Positions 25,107-37,910 are shown, counted from the stretch's first letter. The stretch is DNA of 64,000 nt from Mobula hypostoma (GCF_963921235.1 NC_086108.1:6510001-6574000), one strand, 5' to 3'. Notes: a model not told the origin generated them from the sequence alone. Numbers and translations: made by a program.

Positions 25107-25309
25107 AACCAGCTGTCGATAGTTCAGCTGGTAGGACGCAGGGGCACAGCTGTCATTCTTTGTGTGTTAACAAATTACTAGCAAGTACTCCATTTCAATG
25201 CTGCTGTTTCATGCTGCAGAGTTCACAGACGCCTTGCTTAATGCCATTGGTCCACGTCATTAAAAAGGTTGGGAACCCCTGCCGCAGACATTTGAAACAA
25301 AGCTGTAAA

Positions 25310-25670
25310 TAGACCATAAGACATAGGAGCAGAATTAGGCCATTCAGCCCATCGAATCTCCTCTATCATTCCATCACGGCTGATTTATTACCCCTCTCGA
25401 CCCCAGTATCCTGCCTTCTCCTCGTAACCTTTGACTCCTTGACTGATCAAGAACCTATCAACCTCTGCTTTAAATATACCAAATTACTTGGCCTCCACAG
25501 CCGTCTGAGGCGATGAATTCCACAGATTCACCGCCCTCTGGCTAAAGAAATTCCTCTTCATCTCTGATCTAAATAGATTTCTCTCTGTTCTGAGGCTGTG
25601 ACTTCTGGTCCTAGACTCCCCCACTATAGGAAACCTCCTGTGCACATCCAGTTTGTCTAGGCCTTTCAAT
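25310..25670 (-). mobile_element. CR1 3' end
   Basis: ORF 25484-25681 SRTRSHSL..RNFFSQRAVNLWNS. Confidence 0.85.
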
Positions 25671-26116
25671 ATCCACGGCACCCACTACATCATCATGTGT
25701 CAGCTTCCAACCGCCTAAAATCGAGGAAAAGCTTTGCTACAGTGGAGGAACTACCACACGGAACATCCCCCAAACATACAAGATTGACCTCTGGCAACAA
25801 ACAGAAGCCAGAACCCCACCAAACAATACAGTACAAGACCCCACAGAAATGTTACCAGACGGGGCACTGCTTGATAGACGGAAGTGGTGTACTCTCAACA
25901 GAGCGAGAGCGGGAGTTTGTAGGACAGGAGACAATATGGTGAAGTGGGGTTTAAAGACCAGCGAATCCTGTGAGTGTGGCGAAAGGGGGCAGAACATCGA
26001 ACACGTTCTGCGCAACTGCCCACTCTCACCTGATTTAGCTGACACTGACCTGCTCAACATCAACCAAACAACACTAGAGTGGCTGGCTGTCTGGTGTGAC
26101 AAGCTATGATGATGAT
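25671..26116 (+). mobile_element. Vingi 3' end, second copy
   Basis: Near-identical to reverse complement of 20388-20835; (TGA)n tail; AATAT at both junctions. Confidence 0.82.
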
Positions 26117-26607
26117 AATATTCAGTAGCTTTCAGTGAAATCAAAATCAGATTCAGGATCACTGGCATATGTCGTGAAACTTGTTAACTTTGCGGCAGCA
26201 GTACAATACAATACATGATAATAGAGAAAAAAACTGAATTACAGTGTGTGAGTGTGTGTGTGTGTGTGTGTGTGTCTATACAGTATAATAGTTGAATAAG
26301 AAGTGCAAAAATAGAAATAAAAACTGAGGTAGTGCCAAGGGTTCAATGTCCATTCAGAAATCAGATGGCAGAGGGGAAGAAGCTGTTCCTGACTTGTCGA
26401 GTGTGTGTCTTCAGGCTCCTGTACCTCCTCCCTGATGGTAGCAATGAGATCAGGGCATGTGCTAGGTAATTGGGGGGTCTTTAATGATGGATGCTGCCTT
26501 TTTAACTCCAGTGAGTACAGGCCCAGAGCCATCAAATGCTCCTCATACATTAACCCTTACATTCCTGTGGACCTAGTACTGATAGTGTTTAACCCCTTAT
26601 TCTCCAG

Positions 26608-26685
26608 GTTCAGCCCGACCTTGTACACTGCCCCCTTCCGCCTGCTGAAGATTCCAGGGAATTGTTTAACAAGTACAGTGGGCCG
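26608..26685 (+). CDS. Calpain exon E (linker / EF1 entering helix)
   Basis: ttctccAG|GTT..CCG|GTGAGT; VQPDLVHCPLPPAEDSRELFNKYSGP, comparable to calpain F..LF...AG. Confidence 0.82.
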
Positions 26686-26833
26686 GTGAGTTTGTATGCA
26701 GTTCCTCACCAGACTTCCTCTGCCCTCTTTCAGGCTGCAGCCTTCCACGCTGGACAGACTTCTCCTTCGGGCTCATCCACCTGGTGTGGAACTGGAATTG
26801 GTTTTATTATTGTCAAATTTTGTCTTGCGTCTC

Positions 26834-27971
26834 TGTTTGATTTCTGATCCTTGGATGTTCTTCCAGGAATGACGAGAAGTCTTAGTTCCCAGATTTCAGT
26901 TCATATTAAAATACAGGCAACATACAAAGAGCTGAGAGATGATGATGCAAAGACAGAAGAATAAAGAAGCTAAGCAAAGCGAAAGATGGTGCCTTAGATA
27001 GGAACAAACTAGTTAATAGTGTACAAAATTAAAACAATTACATCAAGTGGATAATGGGCTAATACCTAGCCAATGAAAAATGAGAGTGGTGATAAATCGT
27101 TAGTTTAGCTGCTATACCGCTTTCTGCCAGTGAGTGGGGATGGAAAAGTACTGTGAAAAGTACATGAGATTGTTAAAAATACAGAGCTTATAGAAAGTAT
27201 TTTTTTAAAGTGATTTCCAACAATACAGATGAAAACATTACACAGTGGATGGAGGTAGAACATGGTAAAACAGAAAGCGGAATAAAGTACAGAGAAGATG
27301 GAGAGCAGGTAGACAAAGTGCAAGATCTAAATGAGGTAGATTGTGAGGTCAAAGGTCCATTATATCGAACAAGAATCTGATTACAGTGAGGTAGGAGCTG
27401 TCCTTGAGCCTGGTGGTACGTGCATTCAGACTTTTCTGTCTTCTGCCCGGTGGGAGAGGTAAGAAGAGAGAATGTCTGGGGTTGGAGAGGTCTTCAATTT
27501 TGACATCTGGATGCTTTACTGAGGTAGCAGGGAGTGATGGATCTCTGTTTAATATCTGACCCTTAGGGTTCTTCTGGGAGTCAAAAAATGGCAAGCAGTC
27601 TTAATTCTAACAGAAGTTTATTTTAGAGTACAAACCGACGTACAAATACTGAGCAAACTAAATAAAGAGCTGAGGTACGATGCTGAGCAGTGAATGCGAA
27701 GACAAGAAGCAAAAGAAAAGATGGCACCTCTGAAAATCAGTCACTTTTATAGATCAGAAATTCCTTTGATAGAGAGAAACTAGTTAATAGCCTACTTGAT
27801 TAAAACAATTACATCACATGTGTAATGTGCTAAATCTTAGCCAATGAAAAAGGAGAAAGGTGATAAACTGTTTGTTTAGCTGCTATACAGCTTTCTGCCA
27901 GTGAGTGTGAGAAATACACAAGTTTGTTAAAAACTACAAATCTTATTTAAAAAAAACAGTGGTTTCCAACA
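26834..27971 (-). repeat. Two diverged LTR-like repeats (26834-27222, 27546-27971)
   Basis: Both bounded by TGTT...AACA and share AGCCAATGAAAAA and TTTAGCTGCTATAC.GCTTTCTGCCAGTGAGTG; copy 2 has TATAAAA and AATAAA on minus strand. Confidence 0.5.
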
Positions 27972-28354
27972 ATGCAGATTAAACCCTTACACGGTGTATT
28001 GAGCTAGAATGAGGTAATACAGAATAAAGTACAGGGAAGTTGGAGACTGGGTAGACAAAGTGCATGAACATAATGAGGTAGGTTGTGAGGCCAAGAGTCC
28101 ATCTTACTGTACAAGAGATCTGACAGCGTTGGGACAGAAGCTGTACTTGAGCCTGCTGGGACGTGTTTTCAGGCTTTTCAATCTTCTGCCTGATGGGAGA
28201 GGGGAGAAGAGAGTGTGTCTGGGGTGGGTGATGTCTCCGACTTGAGGTCTGGCGGTGAGAAGTGTAGACAGAGGGGATCAGTGCACAAAAAATGGTCAAG
28301 CATACTTGGAGGGAAATGGACAGTCAACGTTCCTGAACTGAGAGATAAAGTTGA

Positions 28355-28895
28355 CAGTTTAATACGTAGTGAAATTTGTTGTTATGCAGTAACGGTACAT
28401 TGCCATACAAAATAATAAAAACTGTGAATTACAATAAGTATATAGAAAATAGTTAAATAAATAGTGCAAAAAAAGTAGTGAGGTAGTGTTGATGGGTTCA
28501 ACGTCCATTCAGAAATCGGATGGCAGAGGGGAAGAAACTGTTCCTGAATCGCTGAGTGTGTGTCTTCAGGTTTCTGTACCTCCTCCCTGATGATAATAAT
28601 GAGAACAAGGCATGCCCTGGGTGACGGGGGTCCTTCATGATGGATGCTGCCTTTTTGAGGCATCGCTCCTTGAAGATGTCCTGCATGCTGGGGAGGCTGG
28701 TGGCCATGATGGAGCATCTGAGTTTACAACTCTCTGCAGCTTATTTCGATCCTGTGCAGTGGTCACTCCACCCCCCCGCCATACTAGACAGTGATGCAGC
28801 CAGTTAGAATGCTCTCCATGGTACAACTGCAGAAATTTGCAATTTCCTCAACTCCTAATAAAATATAGCCGGTTGTTTGTAGCTGAATCAATATG
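28355..28895 (-). mobile_element. Rex-Babar 3' end
   Basis: CLKKAASIMKDPRHPGHALF..THTQRFRNSFFPSAIRFLN. Confidence 0.85.
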
Positions 28896-29309
28896 TATTA
28901 ACAATGTATGACGTGCTTCTGAAATAAATAACTTTCAAGTTGAAAAAGTACATTCGATCGTGTATTACAAGACCAGCAAAGATGAACCATCTTATAGAGA
29001 TTCTTTTTAGAAAATTGATTAAACTAAATTAGCGATACAGCAGAATTATTAGTGAAGTCAGCGGTCAACAAAAAAATACCGTTCCCTTGGCTTACCCTCT
29101 CTCAACTCGACTAAACTGACTAAGGCAAAGTGAAAATACATAACTATATGCCTTGCTTCTAGCACGCCCAACCCACGTGACAAATTGTCCATAATAAACG
29201 CCCATCACAAAATACAATACAGACAGAAAATAGATGCATGGCTCCTACACACTGTATGTTTTGATGTACTTGTGACAGATAAAGCATTCTATCTTTAATG
29301 TCAATGCAG

Positions 29310-29370
29310 GATGAGGCAATATCAGCACTGGAGTTTCAGAAACTGCTGGCAGAGATTCTGCAGAAAACGG
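29310..29370 (+). CDS. Calpain exon F (EF1)
   Basis: tgcAG|GAT..ACGG|GTAGGT; DEAISALEFQKLLAEILQKT(G), comparable to D.EIS..EL..IL. Confidence 0.9.
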
Positions 29371-29982
29371 GTAGGTATGACAGAGTTCAGACACTTGCAG
29401 TCCCTTCTCTCCCTTGGACAAAGGAGCTAACCAAGCGAAATGGGTTTCCCAGACCCACCTGTGTGTCTTGACGAGACAAGGTTCAAAGTAAATAAACTGG
29501 GTAAAGAGTTGGAAACAGATAATGAGGCGGTAAGGTAGCACAATGGTTTACAGTACCGGTGACCCGGGATCAATTCCCGTCACTGCCTGTAAGGAGTTTG
29601 TACGTTCTCCCCGTGACCTCCGGGTGCTCCAGTTTCCTCCCACAGTCCAAAGATGTAATGGCTGGAAGGTTAATTGTTCATTGTAAATTGCCCCATGATT
29701 AGGCTAGGATTAATTTGGGGGATTGCTGGGTGACGTGGCCTGAAGTGTTTACTCCATGCTGTGTGTCAATAAGTGGATAGATGATCTTGTAAACCTGTAT
29801 CAAATCTGCCCTCAGCCTCCGTCAGTTCAGAGAAAACATCGCCATAGATGCTGCCTGACTGGCTGGGTTCCTCCCACACTCTGTGTATTCATCGGGGGTT
29901 ATTGACTTCTGAGATTATAAAAATTTAAATCTTTAATTTCAGGCAGGAACTACAGTCACCTTCTGTCTCATTGTCCTTCTAG

Positions 29983-30047
29983 GTCTCAGTGAGAAGTGGG
30001 ATCAGTTTGGACTGGACGCCTGCAGAAGCCTCATTTCGCTGACAGAT
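29983..30047 (+). CDS. Calpain exon G (EF2 entering helix)
   Basis: ccttctAG|GT..GAT|GTATCCTT; (G)LSEKWDQFGLDACRSLISLTD, comparable to F.L.TCRSM..LMD; 65 nt. Confidence 0.93.
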
Positions 30048-31252
30048 GTATCCTTTTATGGCCTCGAAAAGGACCTGTGTGGGAGGATGAAAGTTCAGTG
30101 TGCCCTATCCCTCTCCGGTTCCCCCCCCCCCACCTCAGGCTGGGCTAAGGTCCTGCAGATGTCACACTGACATTCAGAAGCGAGCCCAGATTTTCCAACT
30201 GCCTGAACAACCTGCCGCTGAAGATATTGCAGACAAGGTGCACCCAGGAACAACACTCGAGTTAAGGGACAGACCACTGATCTAACTAGACCATGATTGT
30301 CTGATAATCCAGTTTGGTTCATTGAGTGAGCACATCATATCACTAGCAAGCATTAATAGTTTCATGGTCTGGACCTCACAACGTGGTGGCATGGTAGTTT
30401 GGTCTGCACCCATTGGTGTCCCAAGTCATTATCCTGCAGAATGAGCAACATCAGCCAGATGGACTACTGACCATTGCTGATATCCTCCGCACATCAAATT
30501 CGGTCGGCTTGCCCGGGTCACATATAGTTGTTCACCCACATCATAAGGTTGAAAAAGTGCAGAGAAACTTGACAAGGATGTTGGTGGGACTGGAGGGCCT
30601 GGGTTATAAGAAATGATTAAATATGTTAGGACTTCAGTCCTTGGGACATAGAAGTTTGGGGGAGACTTGATGGTATACAAAATTATGAGGGGTATAGATA
30701 GGGTAAATGCAAACAGGCTTTTTCTACTCAGGTTGGGTGGGACTACAACCAGAAGTCATGGGCTAAGGGTGAAAGATAAAAAGATTAAGGGGAACATGAG
30801 AGAAAACAACTTCACTCAGAGGGTTGTGCAAGTGTAGAACAAGCTACTAGCACAAGTGGTGCATTCGAACTCAATTTCAACATTTAGGAGAAACTGGGAT
30901 AGGTACATGGATGGTAGGAGTATGGAGGGTTACGGTCCAGGTGTAGGTCGATGGGAGTCGGCAGCTTAAATTAATCAGCACAGACTAGATGGGCCAAAGG
31001 GCCTGTTTCCAGGTTGTACTTTTCTATGTCTCTATCAAATATAGTTGCCCTACCCACATTAAATGTCATCCCATGCCCACATCAAATATGGTTGCCTTAC
31101 CCACATTAAATACAGTTGATTACCCATATCAAATATGGTTGCCTTGTTTACAACAGGCATGACTGGCCCTTTTTGGTTATTCTATTTAAGCATTTCAGAA
31201 TCCCATTGTGTTTACGTGGTAATTAAACAATTCCTTAACCTGGGATAAACAG
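30048..31252 (+). other. U12-type (minor spliceosome) GT-AG intron
   Basis: 5' site GTATCCTTTT; branch site TTCCTTAAC at 31231-31239 just upstream of AG 31251-52; no polypyrimidine tract. Confidence 0.93.
30545..31035 (+). mobile_element. CR1 3' fragment inside the U12 intron
   Basis: EKVQRNLTRML..; decayed RGDLI/TRGH region and CR1-type tail. Confidence 0.8.
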
Positions 31253-31321
31253 AACCAAGGCTTTGGAAAAATGCGATTTGAAGGATTTAGTCATCTCTGG
31301 ACTAAAATCTGCCATTGGACA
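31253..31321 (+). CDS. Calpain exon H (EF2 loop and exiting helix)
   Basis: 69 nt, NQGFGKMRFEGFSHLWTKICHWT, donor GTGAGT. Confidence 0.92.
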
Positions 31322-32274
31322 GTGAGTATTGGCAAAGGATCTTTACCCCGTTGTGTGGAAAGGTCTGGTTATAATGTACTGAGGTCTGGTGTTAGAGTGG
31401 GACAGGGATGAGAGTGAGACTGAGGTGGGGTAGGGTGGGGGTGTTGGCTATTGGAAATACCTTAACCAACCTCTTATTTTTCACTTCAAACCTCAGAGTC
31501 AAACTTGGAGCTTTCTTGTCAACGTTGTTGTGGTGGGACTTAATAGTTTATTTCTAGTTTCTCGCTGGGTCCACATGTGCATACATTGGTATACACCCCT
31601 TCAGAATGCCTGCTGCCTGAACTATTTTGTGAAAGTACAAAGAATGTAGGAAAGGCATTCACATTTATGACATAGAAACACACCCCATTTACCTAACCAA
31701 TCTGTCCAGGAAGTTAGAGAGAGGTGTAGAAAACTCCCAGCAATAAATGGAAGTGAATTTATCCGAAGTCCCATCACCTGGTTCCCATCTCACACTGACG
31801 TACAGTAATTATTATTTTTATTTAAGTTATTCAAAGTTTTATTTTATGATCAAAGTATGTATGCAGAATACAACTCTGAGATTTGTCTTCTCCAGATAGC
31901 CTCAAAATGCAGAATACCATAAGAGTGATTGAAAGAAAGACATCAATCCCCCCGTACCAAAAGAAAGAGAAACAAAAACTCGCAAACCCCAAACACTCCC
32001 CACGCCTCCCTCACACAAAAACTAACAGATCACCCAAACCCCAGCCCGTGTATCAGCAAGAAGAAAGCATGGGCGAGAACACGAAAAAAACAGAACTAAA
32101 AGAGGCCAATGTCCAATCCATAAAACTCAGAACTTCAATAACATCTCCAAGAGCATCGGGACCCAGCAGCCCCTCCGAGGGCAATAACTCAAACCAGCGG
32201 CTTCCCCGAGAACCCCTCACTCTCCTCTGCATTTGTCTCGATGTTTCATTCTTCTTCGATGCTTTATGGCCCCT

Positions 32275-32580
32275 CGTCTCTCTCAGTTTCTCGTGGTTGA
32301 TCACGGCCCTTCGTCTCTCAGCTTCTCCTCATGGTAGTCGATCACGGCCTCTCCTCTCTCTCAGTTTCTCCTCATGGTAGTCGATTACGGCCTCTCCTCT
32401 CTCTCAGTTTCTCCTCGTGGTAGTCGATCACAGCCGCTCGTCTCTCTCTCAGCTTCTCCTCGTGGTCGATCACAGCCCCTCATCTCTCTCTCAGCTTCTC
32501 CTCGTGGTCGATCACAGCCCCTTGTCTCTCTCTCAGCTTCTCCTCGTGGTCGATCACGGCCTCTCCTCTCTCTCAGTTTC
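32275..32580. repeat. 39-42-bp degenerate tandem repeat, about 7 copies
   Basis: Repeated GTCGATCAC(A/G)GCC..CTCTCTCTCAG(C/T)TTCTCCTCGTG. Confidence 0.8.
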
Positions 32581-34120
32581 TGCTCGTGCTGGCTTGTGCT
32601 CACATTTTTCTCCTGGCGTTTTCTAGCTCACTCGATCGAACTACAGACTGTAAGTCACAGGCTCCAACAGTTTCAAAAACAAAATTATGCCAAAAAAGAT
32701 TAAGTTGAAGACGTAGAAAAGCTGAAATGATTTACTATTTGGAAGATGTTGATTGAGGAATCGTTCGCTTGCTCCTCTCTGCCCTTGAAGCCACCACCGC
32801 TCAACTGTCCAAGATCGCTGTGTCCCTCCAGTGCCGACCGTTCTTCCAACGTTACCTTCCTTCAGTTTACCACTGGCTGCGTGTCTTCAGTGGGCCCGAT
32901 CTCTAGAATTTCACGTCACATGCCAGTGATGATAAACTTGATTCTGATTCTGAACCCTCTCTGTCTCTCCCCACTCCTTTGCGGCAGGCCTGTGGTGTGT
33001 CGCTCAGGGCACGACGTGCAACAAAGCCAACAACGTACCACAATTATAAAGAATTCCAAGTACATTTATTATCAAAATGTGTATACAGTATACAACCCGG
33101 AGATTTGCCTTCTCCACAGACAGCCACGAAACAAAGAAACCCCTGTGGAACCAACCAACCAGTTCAAAGAGAAAAAAATCAACCCCCCCCATACATAAAT
33201 AAACAAAAGCGCAATTGGCAACAAGAAAAAAGAGTAAAAACACAGAATATTAAAAACACAAGATCAAAAGGTATATTTCAGCTCATTATCTGCAGGCTGC
33301 CCCAATTCAAGATCGCCGAAACTAGCAACTAAAATAGGAATGACCAGAAACACATCATAAACGAGAATTAGAGTCCACATTCCACAAACCACGTCGATTA
33401 AACTGTGCTCCAGTACCTCCCTACCACCCTCTTTGACAGCATGGAGGGAGAAAGGGGAGTCAAACGAACGGAAGGACCTTCCCTGGGCAGCAGCGAGTGA
33501 GAGACCGTCACACGCAGACGCCTTCTCCAGCAGCAGCAGCGAGCGGGAGGATGGTGGACAGTGCTGAACATCGCCCGCCTCGATTTCAATCTTTCCTGGC
33601 ACTTTAATCGTCAAGATGGGCGGGAGACGGAGTCGATTGTGGGGGATACGCCCCGTTTCCACGCCTCCACGGTGCACACTTTGCTCACAGCCTCATGGAA
33701 CCCTCACAGAGACAGTAAAGCGCCAGATTGCCCAGATCAGCCCGAAAACACACAGTTAGAATGTAGACAGAAGGCTCCAACAGCAGCAGAACCACGTCTG
33801 GAATAAAAAGATGTAAAATAAACGAAAGGACTTGCTTCCTGACCCATCTTAGTCATATTGTTCACTGTCACCATCTTCCAAATATCAGAATTATGTGAAG
33901 AATAATATAAAAATAAAGTTAGAAACATGGATATGGAATAAAATGTGTGTAAGTATAGTATATTAATACCAGCATGTATTTACAATGTAGATAGCATTAT
34001 AAAAAGTAGTTTAAATTATTTATAGTGCAGTGATAGAGGGGAAGAGTGGTAGATTAACTGCCTGGGGGAAGGAAGTTTTAAGATAGTGTGAAGTTTTGCC
34101 TTTAATAGCCCTATAGCTAT

Positions 34121-34514
34121 TGGGGTGGTGTGGTGGAGATACGTCCCTACCGAAGGAGGTGTGGGGCGTTCCTTCCCTACACTAGCCTGCAGGACGTCCT
34201 TGGGTAAGGTGTAACACCTGCTTAGCCCCTCAGACCCCCCACCCCCTCTGATCAGCGTCACGTGAAGCCATGGGAACACGTGGTGGATGGTCGTATGAGC
34301 AGCTGGTGCAGATCACAAGTCCTGGTTATACGACCACTGACGCCAGGCAGACAAACTGGAGAGTATTGATAATGGCTGGGGTCACCCGTCTTGTAAAGAC
34401 ACTGCCCAGAAGAAGGCGATGGCAAACCCACTTCAGTAGAAACATTTGCCAAGAACAATCATGGTCATAAGACCATGATCGCCCACGTCATATGACATGG
34501 CACATGATGATGAT
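34121..34514 (+). mobile_element. RTE-tailed SINE / non-autonomous retroposon; reverse copy at about 51715-52012
   Basis: 3' GATGGCAAACC..AGTAGAAA..TTTGCCAAGAAC motif of RTE/BovB-like tails; (TGA)n end; second copy on minus strand. Confidence 0.62.
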
Positions 34515-34519
34515 GTTGG

Positions 34520-35130
34520 CGCTTTCTGGAAGTGAGCATTTGGAAACGTTTATACACAGGGTGAGCAGTGTCCACAATGGTTTTCCCTGCCCTCTACTTT
34601 GTCCTGGAGACATGCAAGTCCTGCAATGATGGTGGACTGTAGCTAATAGCATCTTCTGCAGGCCTGACAGCTCTCTGCAGTTTCCGCCTATTGTGAGAAG
34701 ATGCTGCACCAACCAGACAGTCATGGCTGATGTGAGGATGCTTCCTGTGATAGCAGCGTAGAATTACACCAGGATGCTCTGGGGAAGGTGAGAGGACTTT
34801 GCACCCAAACCAGATAGTCGTGGCCAATGTGAGGATGTTCTCGCTGATAACAGTGTAGAATTGCACCCCGATGTCCTGGAGAAGTTGGAATTTTACCAGC
34901 TGCCGCAAGAAGTACATTCTCTGCTGAATATTTTCGTCACTGGAGAAGATGTGGTTCTCTCTTGTGAGGCTCTGTGAAATAATGGTGCCCAGGAACTGAA
35001 TGTTGAAATGGTGCTAACCATCGAGCTGTTGCTGGAGACCGGGTAGAGAGGAGGCACATTTCTCCTGAAGTCAATGTGTATCTGCATGGTTTTGGGTGCA
35101 TTCGGTTCCAAGTTATTGTGATTGCACCTT
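34520..35130 (-). mobile_element. Divergent Rex-Babar-like fragment
   Basis: PKTMQIHIDFRR, MYFLRQL..FY..ISENILT..TIWFG. Confidence 0.65.
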
Positions 35131-35474
35131 GTGTTTAGAGTCATAGAGCTCGACAGCACAGAAACAGGCCCTTTGGCCCATCTAGTCCGTGCCGAACCAT
35201 TTAAACTGCCTACTCCCATTGACCTGCACTGGGGCCATAGTCCTCCATATCCCTACCATCCATGTACCTATCCAAACTTCTCTTAAATGTTGAAATCAAA
35301 ATCGCATCCACCACTTGCGCCGGCAACTCGTTCCACTCTCTCACCACCCTCTGAGAGAAGTTGTTCCCCATCACGTTCCCTTAAATATTTCACCTTTCAC
35401 CCTTAACCCATGACCTCTAGTAAAAGACTCACCCAACCTCAGTGGAAAAAGTCTGCTTATATTTACCCTATCTA

Positions 35475-36025
35475 GAATCAGAATCAGGTTTATTATCACT
35501 GGCATGTGACATGAGATTTGTTAACTTAGCAGCAGCAGTTCAATGCAAAGAGAGAAAAATAATAATAAGTAAAATAAAAATAATAAATAAACAAGTAAAT
35601 CAATTACATGTGTTGAATAGATTAAAAACAGACGTGCAAAAACATAAATACTGTATATTTTTAAAAGGTGAGGTAGTGTCCAAAGCTTCAATGTCCATTT
35701 AGGAATCAGATGGCAGAGGGGAAGAAGCTGTTCCTGAATCGCTGAGTGTGTGTCTTCAGGCTTCTGTATCTCCCCCCTGATGGTAACAGTGAGAAAAGGG
35801 CATGCCCTGGGTGCTGGAGGTCTTTAATAACGGACGCTGCCTTTCTGAGACACCGCTCCCTAAAGATGTCCTGGGTACTTTGTAGGCGAGTACCCAAGAT
35901 GGAACTGACTAGATTTACAACCTTGTGCAGCTTCTTTCGGTCCTTTGCAGTAACCCCTCCATACCAGACAGTGATGCAGCCTGTCAGAATGCTCTCCATG
36001 GTACATCTGTAGAAGTTTTTGAGCT
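35475..36025 (-). mobile_element. Rex-Babar 3' end
   Basis: ORF 35706-35999 ESILTGCITVWYG..LPSGGRYRSLKTHTQRFRNSFFP. Confidence 0.88.
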
Positions 36026-36174
36026 ATACTCCTGATATCAAATGTATACTCTATCAAACCTCCCCTCAATCTTCTACATTCTAGGAAATAAAGTCAATCT
36101 TTCCCTACAACTCAGGTTCTCCAGACCTGGCAATATCCTTGTAAATTTTCTCTCTACTCTTTCAGCCTTGTTTA

Positions 36175-36474
36175 TTTATTTATTTCTGGCGTCTGTGTGC
36201 GGATCTGTGCGTGTGTGTGCCTGCGTCCATGACGATGGATTTTTCATGGCTTTTTTACAAGGCGCGGAGTGAGAGAGAGACCGTGTGACACGCCACTCCT
36301 CACACAGATACCCTCGCAGTATTTTTCCCTTCATTTTACGAGGTCGAGTTGCGATCTCGACACTCAGCCTGGCACGGATGGAAAGCGTACTCGGGAGCGG
36401 ACCCGACTGGTTTCGAACCCAGGAACCTCCGCTGCCGGGTCCGACGCCAATGTCATTGCGTCTCCAGCCGGCCC
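36175..36474 (-). mobile_element. tRNA-derived SINE with 16-bp TSD
   Basis: Starts GGGCCGGCTGGAGACGCAATG, B box GGTTCGAAACC, (AAAT)n tail; TSD CTTTCAGCCTTGTTTA at 36159-74 and 36475-90. Confidence 0.88.
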
Positions 36475-37910
36475 CTTTCAGCCTTGTTTACATCTTTCCT
36501 GTAGGTAGGTGACCAAAACTGCACATAGTACTCCAAATTAAGCATCAGTAGGTACATTTATTGTCAGAGAAATGTATACAATATACACCCTGAAATTCTT
36601 TTTCTTCGCAAACATCCACAAAAACAGAGGAGTGCCCTAAAGAATGAATGACAGTTAAATGTTAGAATCCCACAGCACCCCCCAGCTCCCCCCTCCCACA
36701 CACAAGCAGCAGCAAGCAGCAAACCCTCCATCAGCAAAAAAGCATCTGTCTCTCCCACCGAGCACTCACACATGCAGCAGAGCATCAATAAAGACACAGA
36801 CTCGCAGTACCCCAAACACTACTTGCTTACCGCAGGCTCTCTCTCTCTCTCCCTAATAAGGGAAAACAAGGTGTCCCTGTTTCATAGCGAGAGGGGAGAC
36901 ATAACAAAACAACTCACCGATTTATAGTGTTAAAAGTCTACTGCGTCGCTTTTTCCGAGCTCTGTACCCAAAGAGAAAGACTTGGGTCTCTGGGCACACA
37001 GCCAGCAGCCCACTCGCTGCTTTCGATCTTCCGTTTACTCCCGTGACACATCAGGCGGCAGCACCGGCCTCGAATCAGCCCATCTCCAGAGCCACGAAAA
37101 CCCGGCACCCTGAAGGTGTGCTAGTCTTCCAGACCACGTCCTTGGAACCAATGCCTTAAACAATTTCAACATAACATCCTATCTCCTGTGTTCAATACAT
37201 TGATTCTGAATGCCAATCGTCCAAACGCTTTTCTTATGGCCCTCTCTACCTGTGAAACTACTTTTCAGTGAATTATGAGCCTGCCTTCCCAGAGCCCTTT
37301 GTTCTTCCACTTTCCTCAGTGCCCTACCGTTCACTGTAATTGATTAAATTTTAACTGGTATCGAGTTTATGATTTTATTCTGATAATGAGCATAATTTCA
37401 GCTGCTAAGAGTGTGGGCGTTGAATGATATGGACACAGACCTTCACTGTTGTTCTGCCTGCAGCCTATCCCATCACTTGGGAAATACAGGTGGAAGATAT
37501 GGCACAAATAATTAACTCTGCAAGTTCTCAAAGGGATTATTTATTCACATTCCACAAGTAGCGTAGAGATTACCGCGACACTATTACAGCTCAGGGAGTT
37601 GGTGTGTGCAGTTCAATTCCAGCATCTTCTGCAAGGGGTCGGAACTTCCCCGTGGAATGCTTGGGTTTCCTCCGGGTGCTCCGGTTTCCTCCCGCAGTCC
37701 AAACGTTTACCGGTTGGTGGGTTCGTTGGTCATTGTAACTTGCCCCGTGACTGGGCTACGATTAAATCGGGTTGCTGGGCAGCAAGACTCAAAGGGCCTG
37801 TTCCACGCCGAGACTCAATGAAACAAAATATTTAATAGTTGAAGGCATTGTAGTTTATCACAGACCGATTACGTGCTGAAAATCCTTTTGTGTTTTGCTG
37901 TTTCCTCCAG

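Noticed and set aside
36400..36474. tRNA gene
   Set aside because: The tRNA-like head belongs to a SINE with tail and TSD; no full cloverleaf is supported.
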